IMG/VR virus record: IMGVR_UViG_645044602_000001
Coordinates: 1 to 64,000 of that record
Strand: one strand, 5' to 3'
Length of the DNA stretch: 64,000 nucleotides
Source of the DNA: a virus
Taxonomy: Duplodnaviria > Caudoviricetes
The notes beneath the pieces are model-generated. The model did not search any database. It was given only the letters and a program-made list of their open reading frames with translations, and was not told the origin of the DNA. The position numbers were made by a program, and so were the translations under genes. Positions 8,210-17,217 of this stretch are shown here, one piece after another (within the stretch, counting starts at the first letter, position 1; each line of letters begins with the position of its first letter).

Positions 8210-9499
8210 TTGTCCAACCCGTCAAGTCAGACGAAGACCAATTCCTTGACGACCTCTTTGCCATCAACCACCTTGGGCGTTGGTGAACTTCTCAGTGCTG
8301 ACAATACGCTGAAAAGCTATGTGGAAGAGATGATCATCACAGATAACCGATTCAAAGGTATGAGTCGGTATATCTACGACATCAACTTCTACTGGACGAC
8401 AGCAATTGCTACAGCCTGTGCTGGTCATGGATTCATCTTCTTCAACCCTACGTGGTGGGATAAGATGGTCCATGAAGAGCGGAAGACTGTCATTGCCCAT
8501 GAGATCTGGCATCTGATCTCGAACCACCTCGAAAGAGGTAGGGACAAGGATCCTGAATCCTACAACATTGCAGGGGACTATGTGATCAACCTCACCTGTC
8601 ATGATGAAGGATTCATTTCGACTCTGAACAATCAACTCAAACCCAACACCGACTTTGGTGGTGCTGGAATGCTCATTGATGAGAAGTTCAGAGGCAAAGG
8701 CACTGATGCAATCTATGCCATTGTTCACGCTGATCGAAAGAAGAACCCCAGTTCTCATGGTTCATCTGGTGCTCCTTCAGTCGATCAAATCGAAGAGCTT
8801 GTACAGCAAGCTCTTGAAGGCACTGGCAAAGATCTTCAGCAACAAGCTGAAGAGCATGAGCAAGATCGCCAGAAAGCCGTAGAAGCAGGCATGGGGGCTG
8901 GAACCAATCAAGACATCCTCCGTACCGAAGGTCTGAGGATCTTCATCCAGAAAGCCACCTATGAAGAGATCTTTGAGGAATACCTCACTGATCCTCTGAC
9001 TGGTGGTAAACGCACCTACATGCGTCCATCTCGTCGTCAGGCTAAAGATGGACTCAGGCTCAAAGGCAAGTACCCCAAACGTGGACGCAAGAACCGTTTG
9101 ACTCACCTTGTATATGCTCTGGATGTGTCTGGTTCAATCACGGCTCATCAGAAGAAACAGTTTTTGGCTTCTGCCAAAACACTGAAAGAAAAGCTCAATC
9201 CTCAATTGATGACTGTCATTCTCTGGGATGACGGGATTCGATTCGAGAAGACTTTTCGTGAAGATGAACTCCTCGACAACATCCATGTGATGTCTGGAGG
9301 AGGTACAGATCTTCGTCCTGTCTACAAGCGTGTGCAACAACTCATGCCTGAAGCACTGGTGATCTTCACTGACCTTGCTGTGAACATTCCTCCCAAGCCT
9401 GATTGGGAAACCATCTGGTTTGTTCCCACAATGGGAATCGGGGATTACTACCTGAAAGCAGTCACTTACGGTGACATCTACCTGATTCCGGAGAAGTGA
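8210..9499 (+). CDS. Metallopeptidase-like plus vWA domain protein (N4 gp25-like); start uncertain
   Basis: HEIWH, NIAGDYVIN, MIDAS motif DVSGS, GGGTD and FTD; adjacent to the MoxR ATPase. Confidence 0.88.
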   Translation: MSNPSSQTKTNSLTTSLPSTTLGVGELLSADNTLKSYVEEMIITDNRFKGMSRYIYDINFYWTTAIATACAGHGFIFFNPTWWDKMVHEERKTVIAHEIWHLISNHLERGRDKDPESYNIAGDYVINLTCHDEGFISTLNNQLKPNTDFGGAGMLIDEKFRGKGTDAIYAIVHADRKKNPSSHGSSGAPSVDQIEELVQQALEGTGKDLQQQAEEHEQDRQKAVEAGMGAGTNQDILRTEGLRIFIQKATYEEIFEEYLTDPLTGGKRTYMRPSRRQAKDGLRLKGKYPKRGRKNRLTHLVYALDVSGSITAHQKKQFLASAKTLKEKLNPQLMTVILWDDGIRFEKTFREDELLDNIHVMSGGGTDLRPVYKRVQQLMPEALVIFTDLAVNIPPKPDWETIWFVPTMGIGDYYLKAVTYGDIYLIPEK

Positions 9500-9500
9500 T

Positions 9501-9779
9501 ATGCTGGTTCTCAAGCTCGAACTTCACAGTGCTCGGACTGGAGAAATCACTGAGATCGGACGTACCATCATCGCCAATGTTGGTGGTACGTCTGAACTTG
9601 GAAATTATCTCTGCAAGGTTGCTCGCAAACAGCCTGATGGCTCTGAGTATTCCAACACCAAAACATGGAAGAGTCCTCTTCGGACAGGAACTATCACCAA
9701 TTATCCACGACTTCGATACAATGTCTGGAGGTTGGTGATTCGTTCTCTTCTTGCTGCTTTCCCGGAGGAACGCAAATGA
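9501..9779 (+). CDS. Hypothetical protein
   Basis: Tightly packed ORF with RBS. Confidence 0.65.
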   Translation: MLVLKLELHSARTGEITEIGRTIIANVGGTSELGNYLCKVARKQPDGSEYSNTKTWKSPLRTGTITNYPRLRYNVWRLVIRSLLAAFPEERK

Positions 9780-10240
9780 ACTGGACTGAAGCAAATCTTC
9801 AAGGAGACGAAGAAGCTCGTCTTCTTACTGCCTTGGAAGATGAACTGTACCGACCCACACCAGAAGAAGAACGTGATTACTGGTGTGGTGAAGGTCATTT
9901 GATCTTCCATGTGCTCTCATATGACCCAACCAGCAAATACTGTCCGTATGAAATCGACTATGATGATTACTCTGGTTGTGTTGGTGGTCTCAATGAATCT
10001 CTTGGAATTGATTATGCAGTGAATGAAGGCATCCTCGATGTAGGAAAACTTCAAATCGGCATGACCTATGAAGTCCGAGGAATCACTGCACACTTCACCC
10101 GAGGAGATGGTTGGACGACTGATGATGACGTAGATTACTACGTCGAATCAGTCACCAAAAAGCTCTATCTCTCTCGATTCATCAACGCATGGTGGTGGAA
10201 TCTCATTGGCCACCGAATCAGAAACTGGAGAAAGTCATGA
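9776..10240 (+). CDS. Hypothetical acidic protein
   Basis: GGAGG RBS before ATG 9776. Confidence 0.7.
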   Translation: MNWTEANLQGDEEARLLTALEDELYRPTPEEERDYWCGEGHLIFHVLSYDPTSKYCPYEIDYDDYSGCVGGLNESLGIDYAVNEGILDVGKLQIGMTYEVRGITAHFTRGDGWTTDDDVDYYVESVTKKLYLSRFINAWWWNLIGHRIRNWRKS

Positions 10241-10716
10241 CCAAAACCACTGCAAAACTAACTAAAGTCATCACGACTGAAGAATCCCCCAGCTACAAGC
10301 GTCAACGTATGCTGGAAGTCCGTCAGATCGTCGCAAACGCTGTGAATAACAACCAGCGTGTCGATCAACTGGGCTTCACTGGGACTGACATCGCTCGTTC
10401 TCAGATTGCCCTGCAAGATCTGCTGGACAAAGAACGTCAGAAGCATTCCCGTGCTCGTCACCACATCCTGAATCTGAAGGATGACACCATCTTCCTGTCT
10501 GATGTCATGCAAATGACCCAGACTGGTATGATGATGATCATCTCTGATCTGTCAGCCAAAGTGCTGCATCAGGACAAGATACTGAACGCTGCTCACGATG
10601 AATGTCATCGTCTGGCTTCCGGCTGGCAAGATGCCATGAAGAGTCAATATCAGACGCAGACTGAAAATGCTGCTCTGAAGACCACTCTGAAGGCAGCTAT
10701 GCGAGATGCAGGATGA
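10237..10716 (+). CDS. Hypothetical helical/coiled-coil protein
   Basis: GGAG RBS; ATGA coupling. Confidence 0.7.
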   Translation: MTKTTAKLTKVITTEESPSYKRQRMLEVRQIVANAVNNNQRVDQLGFTGTDIARSQIALQDLLDKERQKHSRARHHILNLKDDTIFLSDVMQMTQTGMMMIISDLSAKVLHQDKILNAAHDECHRLASGWQDAMKSQYQTQTENAALKTTLKAAMRDAG

Positions 10717-11000
10717 GACAACGCTTATTCTGCGTCTGGAGGGTCGATGGAGAGTTCTCCATCACAGACATTGATGTGTCGTTCCGAGACAAAGACTTCA
10801 ATACCATTGTCGCTGAAGCTATTCGTAAGGATGCTGATGACATGGGGATGTCTGCCTTCTTGAACCAAGAAGACAAAGAACAACACATCAAAAGCCTCAT
10901 CGCCACAGCAACTGACCCCGACGATCCGTCGTTCATTGGTTATGAAATGCCAATGGTCATTGTTGCTGATCCTGACAACATTGAATTCATTGGAGCTTGA
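10713..11000 (+). CDS. Hypothetical protein
   Basis: ATGA coupling, gene-dense context. Confidence 0.65.
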   Translation: MRQRLFCVWRVDGEFSITDIDVSFRDKDFNTIVAEAIRKDADDMGMSAFLNQEDKEQHIKSLIATATDPDDPSFIGYEMPMVIVADPDNIEFIGA

Positions 11001-11001
11001 T

Positions 11002-11430
11002 ATGAGACCCGGATTCGACCAATGGGCTTTGGGACTGGCTGAAGCCGTCTCCAAACGCTCTCGTGACCCCTCTACGAAAGTAGGGGCGGTCATCATTCGT
11101 CCTGACAAGACGATTGCTTCAATGGGCTACAATGGCTTTCCTCGAACCATGGAAGACAAAGAAGAGTGGTGGTCTGATCGGCCACAGAAATACTCTCGTG
11201 TCATCCATGGGGAGATGAATGCTCTTCTCAACGCCAAAGAACCCGTGCTAGCAATGACGCTCTATTGCACTCATCCGTGCTGTGAGCACTGTGCAAAGCA
11301 CATCATTGCTGCGGGTATCTCTCGTGTTGTCTTTGGCACCAGTGAGGAAATCCGTCAGCGTTTCGACATCGCAAAGTCTCTCGAACTCTTTGAAGACTGT
11401 GGTGTTGAAGTCATCGAACTGGAGATCTGA
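11002..11430 (+). CDS. dCMP deaminase
   Basis: RSRDPSTKVGA, GYNG, HGEMNA and PCCEHC zinc deaminase motifs. Confidence 0.92.
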   Translation: MRPGFDQWALGLAEAVSKRSRDPSTKVGAVIIRPDKTIASMGYNGFPRTMEDKEEWWSDRPQKYSRVIHGEMNALLNAKEPVLAMTLYCTHPCCEHCAKHIIAAGISRVVFGTSEEIRQRFDIAKSLELFEDCGVEVIELEI

Positions 11431-11862
11431 ATGACACAAATCGGACAAATAGCTTCGGGAGCAAAACGTGAATCCATTGGAACCAAGATTGATACTGATC
11501 TGGTTCCATTTGAACTGATCGCAGCGGCTGCTGTCGGTCTGGGATTGGGTGAACACAAGTATGCTGCTCGAAATTTTGAGAAAGGATTGAGCTATCGGTC
11601 CTTGATCAACTCATTGGAACGACACTGCAAAGCATTGAAAGATGGGGAAGAACTGGATGCTGATACTGGCATTCCTCATTACATGCTCATTGCATCCTCA
11701 ACTGCTATGTTGGTTCACAACATCATGCAGGGAGTCATCATTGATGACCGTGCTCCTCCAAAAGACTACAAACTCGACATCGCAGAGGTTGCAAAAGTCG
11801 CTCAGACTGAACTGACTAAAGCAATCGAGTTCTGGGAGGCAAAGAAGAATGCAAACAAGTAA
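11431..11862 (+). CDS. dATP/dGTP diphosphohydrolase-like (DUF5664) protein
   Basis: GAKRE...DLVP...GEHKYAARNFEKG...SLERH...D.DTG.PH pattern. Confidence 0.75.
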   Translation: MTQIGQIASGAKRESIGTKIDTDLVPFELIAAAAVGLGLGEHKYAARNFEKGLSYRSLINSLERHCKALKDGEELDADTGIPHYMLIASSTAMLVHNIMQGVIIDDRAPPKDYKLDIAEVAKVAQTELTKAIEFWEAKKNANK

Positions 11863-12772
11863 TCTTGTCTACAGTCATCCCGGTCAGCCTCAAATGCAAG
11901 TTGAAGTCATTTTGGCTTCAGCTACCAATACAGGCTCTCCTCCCATCTACAGCATTCGAATGAGATATCCTCGTCCCATTCATGGTGAGATCATGACTCA
12001 TCGAGTCTTTGGGCGAAATGCTCGATCTTCTCGTGCAGTCCCTGTCCAAACCATGCTGAATGAGGTTCGGACTATTCCCTATGTGCCTTGGCACTGGGGC
12101 AAGAACCAGAAAGGTATGCAGGCTTCTGAAGAATGTAACCAAGCTCTGATCTTCAAAGACTTTGAGAATCAAGACTTGATCCTCTCTCGTGAAGAAGCAT
12201 GGTTGGCTGCCCGTGATGCGGCTGTGATGTATGCTGAAGCATTCATGACGGCTGGTTATCACAAACAGAACCCCAATCGACTGCTTGAACCTTTCTCTTG
12301 GATCGATACTCTCATCACAGCTACCCAATGGCAGAACTTTTTGTGGCTTCGTCAGCATCATGCTGCTGAACCACATCTTCAAGATCTTGCCAATTTGGTT
12401 GCTGAAGCAATGCAATACTGCACTGTTCAACATCTGGAACACGGTGAATGGCATCTGCCATACATCAGTGAAGAAGAGAAACGACTCTACCATACAGACG
12501 TGCTCAAAAAACTCTCTGCTGCCCGGTGTGCTCGAATCTCGTACAAACCGTTCAATGGTGAGGCTTCAATCGAAGCTGAACTAGATCGGTACAATCTTCT
12601 GGTGACAGATGAACGAGTCCATGCTTCTCCTCTGGAGCATCAGGCAACACCTGATGACTGGATCCCGACTATCCCAATTTCTGGGAAATGGGAAGCTCCC
12701 GACCTCCATGGAAATCTTACCCAATGGATTCAGCACAGAAAGCTGATTCCAAATGAAGTTTACCATGGCTAA
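11849..12772 (+). CDS. thyX: FAD-dependent thymidylate synthase
   Basis: EIMTHRVFGRNARSSRA, HKQNPNRLLEPF, SAARCARISY and HASPLEHQA, typical of phage ThyX. Confidence 0.9.
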   Translation: MQTSNLVYSHPGQPQMQVEVILASATNTGSPPIYSIRMRYPRPIHGEIMTHRVFGRNARSSRAVPVQTMLNEVRTIPYVPWHWGKNQKGMQASEECNQALIFKDFENQDLILSREEAWLAARDAAVMYAEAFMTAGYHKQNPNRLLEPFSWIDTLITATQWQNFLWLRQHHAAEPHLQDLANLVAEAMQYCTVQHLEHGEWHLPYISEEEKRLYHTDVLKKLSAARCARISYKPFNGEASIEAELDRYNLLVTDERVHASPLEHQATPDDWIPTIPISGKWEAPDLHGNLTQWIQHRKLIPNEVYHG

Positions 12773-12821
12773 GACTCATGCTAAAGGGAGTCCCTGACCC
12801 TCAAGGGAAAGGACTCCCCCC

Positions 12822-13973
12822 ATGAGCAAGTATCATGATTACTGGGTCCAAAATGGGAAACCATCTTATACAGATGTAGCTCTCCATTTTGGTGTCAACG
12901 AATCCACAGCCCGAAAATCCATTACTACCAAAGAAAAAAGGCTCAATTCCCGTGATCTTGCTGAACAAGCAGTGATTGATGGGATGGATGCTCTAGGCTT
13001 TGACGGTGTACCTGACGGGGGTTGGGTCAAATCCCAAACTCCAGACAAACACGGTCGGACCTATTCTTTCCGGTTCTCCAAAGAGAAAGAAGATGAAGAA
13101 AACAAGATTCAGCGTATTGCTGCTATGTTCTCTTCCACCTCTCCAGTCCTTTTCACACCACCTCCTCTACTCCTCACCAAACGTGTGAAGAAAGCCTTCA
13201 TTTCCATCAACGATCTGCATTCTGGTGCTCTCGCTTGGGGGAAAGAAACAGGCTACGGAGACTGGGATCTTGAGATCGCAATGTCCCGTCTTCATCAGTG
13301 GCTCTGCCGTCTCTTCGCTCATGTCGAAAAAGAAGGCGTTCAAGAGATCATCCTCTACTACAACGGTGATGTTCTCCACGCCAACGGCCAAGTCCCAATG
13401 ACTGCCACTCACGGCTCAGATCACATCCTTGATGTCGATTCTCGGCACTTCAAAGTCGTTGATGTCACTGGTGAACAAATCATCCATACTACTGATATCG
13501 CTGCACAAATCGCTGATGTACGTCTCGTCATCAAGCGAGGGAACCATGACGGAGATAGTTATCTGGCTCTGCTTCAGGGTGCCAAGTGGCGATACTTCAA
13601 CCAACCAAACGTCACTGTTGAGATGGATCCCAATGCCTATTGGGCGCACATCTTCGGTAAAGTGGCTCTCTTTGGTCATCATGGTGACAAGATCAAACCT
13701 GATCGTCTCATCATGCAGTTCCTGCAACGCTATCGTAAAGATATTGCTGACGTAGAGCACATCACTGTCTGGACAGGAGACAAGCATCACCGTAAGGTCG
13801 AGCAGTTCCCCGGTGTGATGTGGGAACAAGCCTCCAACTGGTCAGAACCTGATCTCTATGGTTCAGCTTTTGGAGAAACTGCGATGGCTCAAGCAGTCAT
13901 CTATGATGAACTCGAAGGTGAGGTATCACGGTTTACAGTGAAAGCCTCCCAAGTATTTGGAGACGACCAATGA
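12822..13973 (+). CDS. Calcineurin-like metallophosphoesterase with N-terminal HTH-like region
   Basis: DLH, GD, GNHD, HHGD and GDKHH metal motifs. Confidence 0.85.
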   Translation: MSKYHDYWVQNGKPSYTDVALHFGVNESTARKSITTKEKRLNSRDLAEQAVIDGMDALGFDGVPDGGWVKSQTPDKHGRTYSFRFSKEKEDEENKIQRIAAMFSSTSPVLFTPPPLLLTKRVKKAFISINDLHSGALAWGKETGYGDWDLEIAMSRLHQWLCRLFAHVEKEGVQEIILYYNGDVLHANGQVPMTATHGSDHILDVDSRHFKVVDVTGEQIIHTTDIAAQIADVRLVIKRGNHDGDSYLALLQGAKWRYFNQPNVTVEMDPNAYWAHIFGKVALFGHHGDKIKPDRLIMQFLQRYRKDIADVEHITVWTGDKHHRKVEQFPGVMWEQASNWSEPDLYGSAFGETAMAQAVIYDELEGEVSRFTVKASQVFGDDQ

Positions 13974-14191
13974 TGGACAAAGCCAAAATTGAAAGCCTGT
14001 TTCGATATGCTCATCTTCCTGAGCATCTTCAGGCTGTGAGCAAACCATTCCATGATCTTGCTCTCACTCTCGTTGCTGAACTGCCTCAGTCAGCAGAACT
14101 GACACTGGCTATTCGTAGCTTGTGGGAAGCGAAGAATCTCGCAGTCTTCGCAAAAGTGGAAGCCAAAGATAAGGAGGTGGCAAATGTTTGA
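13970..14191 (+). CDS. Small helical-hairpin protein, Acb2/Tad1-like family candidate
   Basis: F.Y.HLP..LQ.VS.PF..LA..L...LP.S.E..LA.R.L.EAK..AV pattern, recognised by eye. Confidence 0.6.
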   Translation: MMDKAKIESLFRYAHLPEHLQAVSKPFHDLALTLVAELPQSAELTLAIRSLWEAKNLAVFAKVEAKDKEVANV

Positions 14192-14297
14192 GTTCGTAAT
14201 CGGAATGGGGGTGGGCCTTGTGCTGGGCTGGAATCTCATTCCTCAGCCCGCATGGGTACGCAACCTCTATTCCCGCTGGTTCGTAGAAGGGAGGTGA
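14184..14297 (+). CDS. 37-aa membrane peptide (not in ORF track)
   Basis: AAGGAGGT RBS; MFEFVIGMGVGLVLGWNLIPQPAWVRNLYSRWFVEGR. Confidence 0.65.
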   Translation: MFEFVIGMGVGLVLGWNLIPQPAWVRNLYSRWFVEGR

Positions 14298-14340
14298 TCC
14301 CATATCTCCCTGTGATCCTACGGATCCAGCGGTAACAATG

Positions 14341-14376
14341 AAGCCCCCCTGCCATTAGGTAGGGGGGTTTTTTTAT
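14341..14376 (+). terminator. Rho-independent terminator
   Basis: AAGCCCCCCTGCC-ATTA-GGTAGGGGGG followed by T7. Confidence 0.85.
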
Positions 14377-14451
14377 TGACTTTCAGTTTAATATGGTCAT
14401 GCAAACCTGCACATGATAAAGCAAGCTAAACCAATCGCATGAGGGTATGAC

Positions 14452-14784
14452 ATGGCAGACGAAGTTCGATATGAATTCACCCGAGGTGATGATTTCAAAA
14501 TCCCGATGACTCTCACAGACCCTGCCAACAACGGGGTTCCTGTCGATATCACCGGATGGACAATTGCTTCTCAGGTTCGATACGCTCGCAAACTGATTTC
14601 TGAACTCGACGTAACCATTACCAATGGTCCTCTGGGTCAGTTCACCATCAGTCTTCCTCATGCTCAAACGGCTCTCTGGCCTGTTCGTGTTCTCAAATGC
14701 GACATTCAGTTTGATCGTCCAGTTGAAGGACGTGTCTCCTCACGTACCTTCCTGATTGACTGCATGGAGGATCAAACCCAATGA
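14452..14784 (+). CDS. Virion structural protein, BppU-N/Ig-like fold candidate
   Basis: RGDDF...PVDITGWTIASQVR...DIQF pattern, common upstream of fibre genes. Confidence 0.65.
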   Translation: MADEVRYEFTRGDDFKIPMTLTDPANNGVPVDITGWTIASQVRYARKLISELDVTITNGPLGQFTISLPHAQTALWPVRVLKCDIQFDRPVEGRVSSRTFLIDCMEDQTQ

Positions 14785-15281
14785 GCGATCTAACCCTCAA
14801 TGCAGTCTTTGGTCCTCAGTATGAGATTGTCATCACCAACGATACTGTTGGTGTATCGGACAATTTTGACCTCACTCTTGAGGTATCTGAACCACTGAGA
14901 ATCGCTGTTGGGACTGGATACAACATCAATCAGACTTCCACAGGTACTTTGGATGTCCGAATCATCGCACTGGAGCCTGTAGGGGCTTATCGTGCTGTTG
15001 GTTACGATGGAATGTATACCCAACCTGACGTAGACAGTCTGGCAGCCTATGCCGGAGTCACACGGATGGCCACAGTTGCTGGCGATCCTATCAATGTGGT
15101 CCGGTCGGGCCTCATGACTGAAGGTGCGTGGAACTGGACATCAAATGCTCCAATCTTTATTGCAGCAAATGGTGTTCTCACGCAAACTCAACCTACTGCT
15201 GGGAACCCCGTCCGAAGGATCGGTTGGGCAATTTCTGCGACAGAACTCAACCTCGATCCTTATCCCATCATAGGAGTATAA
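14781..15281 (+). CDS. Putative head decoration/fibre-associated protein
   Basis: beta-rich; G.MT...WNWT...PIFI..NG.LTQT.P......IG.A pattern. Confidence 0.6.
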   Translation: MSDLTLNAVFGPQYEIVITNDTVGVSDNFDLTLEVSEPLRIAVGTGYNINQTSTGTLDVRIIALEPVGAYRAVGYDGMYTQPDVDSLAAYAGVTRMATVAGDPINVVRSGLMTEGAWNWTSNAPIFIAANGVLTQTQPTAGNPVRRIGWAISATELNLDPYPIIGV

Positions 15282-15284
15282 CAG

Positions 15285-15791
15285 ATGCCTGATAAGTACC
15301 TCCAACACGATGCCGCTGGCGGTTTCCGCGAAGTGGAAGCTGTAGCGACTGGTGGAGCGGGACAGGCCAACAAGATCCCTGCCTTGGACTTGTCCGGTCG
15401 TCTCGATTCTACCATGATGCCTACGGGTATTGGTGCTGAAACCAGTATCGTACCTGCATTCGGTGCTCTTGCAGCAGGTGATCTCGTCAACGTCTACAAT
15501 AACGTTGGTGTAATGCGTGCTCGTAAAGCAGACGCCTCAAACGGTACTGCCCCTGCCAATGGCTTTGTTCTGGCTGCTGTTGCAGACGGAGCCAACGCCA
15601 CTGTCTACTGGGGTGGTATCAACGGTCAGCGTACAGGTATGACCCCCGGTCAGCATTACCTGTCTACCACTGCTGGGCTTTCCAACCACGTTGCTCCATC
15701 TACGGCAGGCAACGTCGTACAGAAAGTTGGTATTGCAGTGAGTTCCACTACGCTGATTTTCAACCCACAAGTTCCCATCTTGCTGGCCTAA
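15285..15791 (+). CDS. Putative capsid decoration/head fibre base protein
   Basis: KIPALDLSGRLDSTMMP, LAAGDLVNV, RKADA, ANGFV and TPGQHYLS; Gly/Ala-rich. Confidence 0.65.
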   Translation: MPDKYLQHDAAGGFREVEAVATGGAGQANKIPALDLSGRLDSTMMPTGIGAETSIVPAFGALAAGDLVNVYNNVGVMRARKADASNGTAPANGFVLAAVADGANATVYWGGINGQRTGMTPGQHYLSTTAGLSNHVAPSTAGNVVQKVGIAVSSTTLIFNPQVPILLA

Positions 15792-15809
15792 GCGAAAAAG
15801 GGTGTCCCC

Positions 15810-16214
15810 ATGGCTGAACAACGTGCTCTTGTCCTTATTGATGGACAGATCCAAGAACTTCCGATTGGGGACACTCTTGCTGGAGTCGTAGGAAGTCCTT
15901 CTTCCATGGTTCAGACAGAAATCACAGCAACTGCTTATTCAACAATGAATGATGATTTTGCAGGTAATGTAGTTCGTCGTATGAATAACTCTACAACTCA
16001 AACCATTACAGTTGAACCAAGTATGACAGGAGGTCAGCCTGTTACTTTTATTCGTGTTGGTACAGGTGTAGTGACTTTTGCCGCAGGCTCTGGAGTCACC
16101 ATTCTAAGCGCAGGAAGCCATCTTTCCATTGCTTCTCGTTATGGTTCTGCAACCCTTATTCCTGATGCTACAACCGCTAATACCTATTATCTAGTTGGAC
16201 ACTTGAACACATGA
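15810..16214 (+). CDS. Fibre-like structural protein
   Basis: LVLIDGQIQELP.GDTL N-terminus; G.G.VTFAAGSGVTI...Y....L........Y.L.G.L C-terminal module. Confidence 0.65.
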   Translation: MAEQRALVLIDGQIQELPIGDTLAGVVGSPSSMVQTEITATAYSTMNDDFAGNVVRRMNNSTTQTITVEPSMTGGQPVTFIRVGTGVVTFAAGSGVTILSAGSHLSIASRYGSATLIPDATTANTYYLVGHLNT

Positions 16215-16927
16215 TGAATCTTCTTCTTGGATCAATCGCATCTTCTTACAATCCACCAGCACCATCTTTATTGATGGTTTTACCTGCTGGTGTTCCGGAT
16301 CCTATTATTAGGTATTCTCCAGAGTTTGTGACTTTAGATGTAAACAATCTTGTAAATGTTATTCTAAATCAAGGAACAGGTGGTGCTTCTTTTGATCTTC
16401 ACCCACGTACTGCTAATAAACTCAACATTTCTGTTGAAGCGACATGGGGAGGAAAAAAAGTATTCAACACAACTACTCATACTTCTGGTGGTTATCAAAT
16501 CACTGGAGGTACAAACTGGCTTACTAATGCCAAAACCTTCATGACCACTTCTACGTATCAAAATGGTGCTGCAAACTTTACCAATTTTGATGCAATTGTT
16601 TCTGGTCGTGCTTCAGGTGCAGGTAATGAATTTGAAATGGTTGGTAATAACGGCTCAAACCGTTTGTTTGGTAAACTTGATGTTGTTTATCGAAATGGTG
16701 TAGCTCTTGCGACCCCAACTTCAAATGGATTCCTACCACTGTTAAAAACTACCATTGGTGGTTCTGAGTTTTCCAATAACTTTGAAGTTGGAACTGTTTT
16801 CTATGATAACTTTGCCACTTCTCGTTACTGGAGAGGTCTTACAGGTGAGCTTATGATCTGGAATACAGAACTAAACGCAACTCAAGTAGCAGATCTTCAT
16901 ACAGCTATGGTAGCTTTCTACAGTTGA
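16211..16927 (+). CDS. LamG/concanavalin-like putative receptor- or carbohydrate-binding protein
   Basis: C-terminal W.G..GELMIWNTEL...QV; N/T/G-rich; AT-rich DNA. Confidence 0.55.
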   Translation: MMNLLLGSIASSYNPPAPSLLMVLPAGVPDPIIRYSPEFVTLDVNNLVNVILNQGTGGASFDLHPRTANKLNISVEATWGGKKVFNTTTHTSGGYQITGGTNWLTNAKTFMTTSTYQNGAANFTNFDAIVSGRASGAGNEFEMVGNNGSNRLFGKLDVVYRNGVALATPTSNGFLPLLKTTIGGSEFSNNFEVGTVFYDNFATSRYWRGLTGELMIWNTELNATQVADLHTAMVAFYS

Positions 16928-16933
16928 GGAAAA

Positions 16934-17164
16934 ATGAAATCCATATTATCCATCAAACCAATCACAAAACTGGACCGCATCCTTCCGAGTGATCTTTACT
17001 ATGCTGTAGATACTCAACAGCACCCCTTGAGATATCTTCATCTCTGTGGCACCAAGCTAACTCACGACAAGAACTATGCTTGGTATGGAACCAAGAGACA
17101 GTTCAGAAACCTCTGTCGTGAGCATGAATGGGATGTACTCTCACTCATCAATCGTCCAAAGTGA
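16934..17164 (+). CDS. Hypothetical protein
   Basis: GAGGA RBS, ATG. Confidence 0.6.
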   Translation: MKSILSIKPITKLDRILPSDLYYAVDTQQHPLRYLHLCGTKLTHDKNYAWYGTKRQFRNLCREHEWDVLSLINRPK

Positions 17165-17217
17165 GAATGCCCTGACTTTCTTTCGTTGGGTGTGTCTCCA
17201 ATCAGAAAGGAACAGAT

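Noticed and set aside
11431-11862. Z-genome (2-aminoadenine) pathway
   Set aside because: No purZ or datZ-like gene is seen in the window; DUF5664-like genes also occur alone.
12790-12812. Hammerhead ribozyme (CTGA...GAAA)
   Set aside because: Lacks the CUGANGA core and a third stem with a cleavage triplet.
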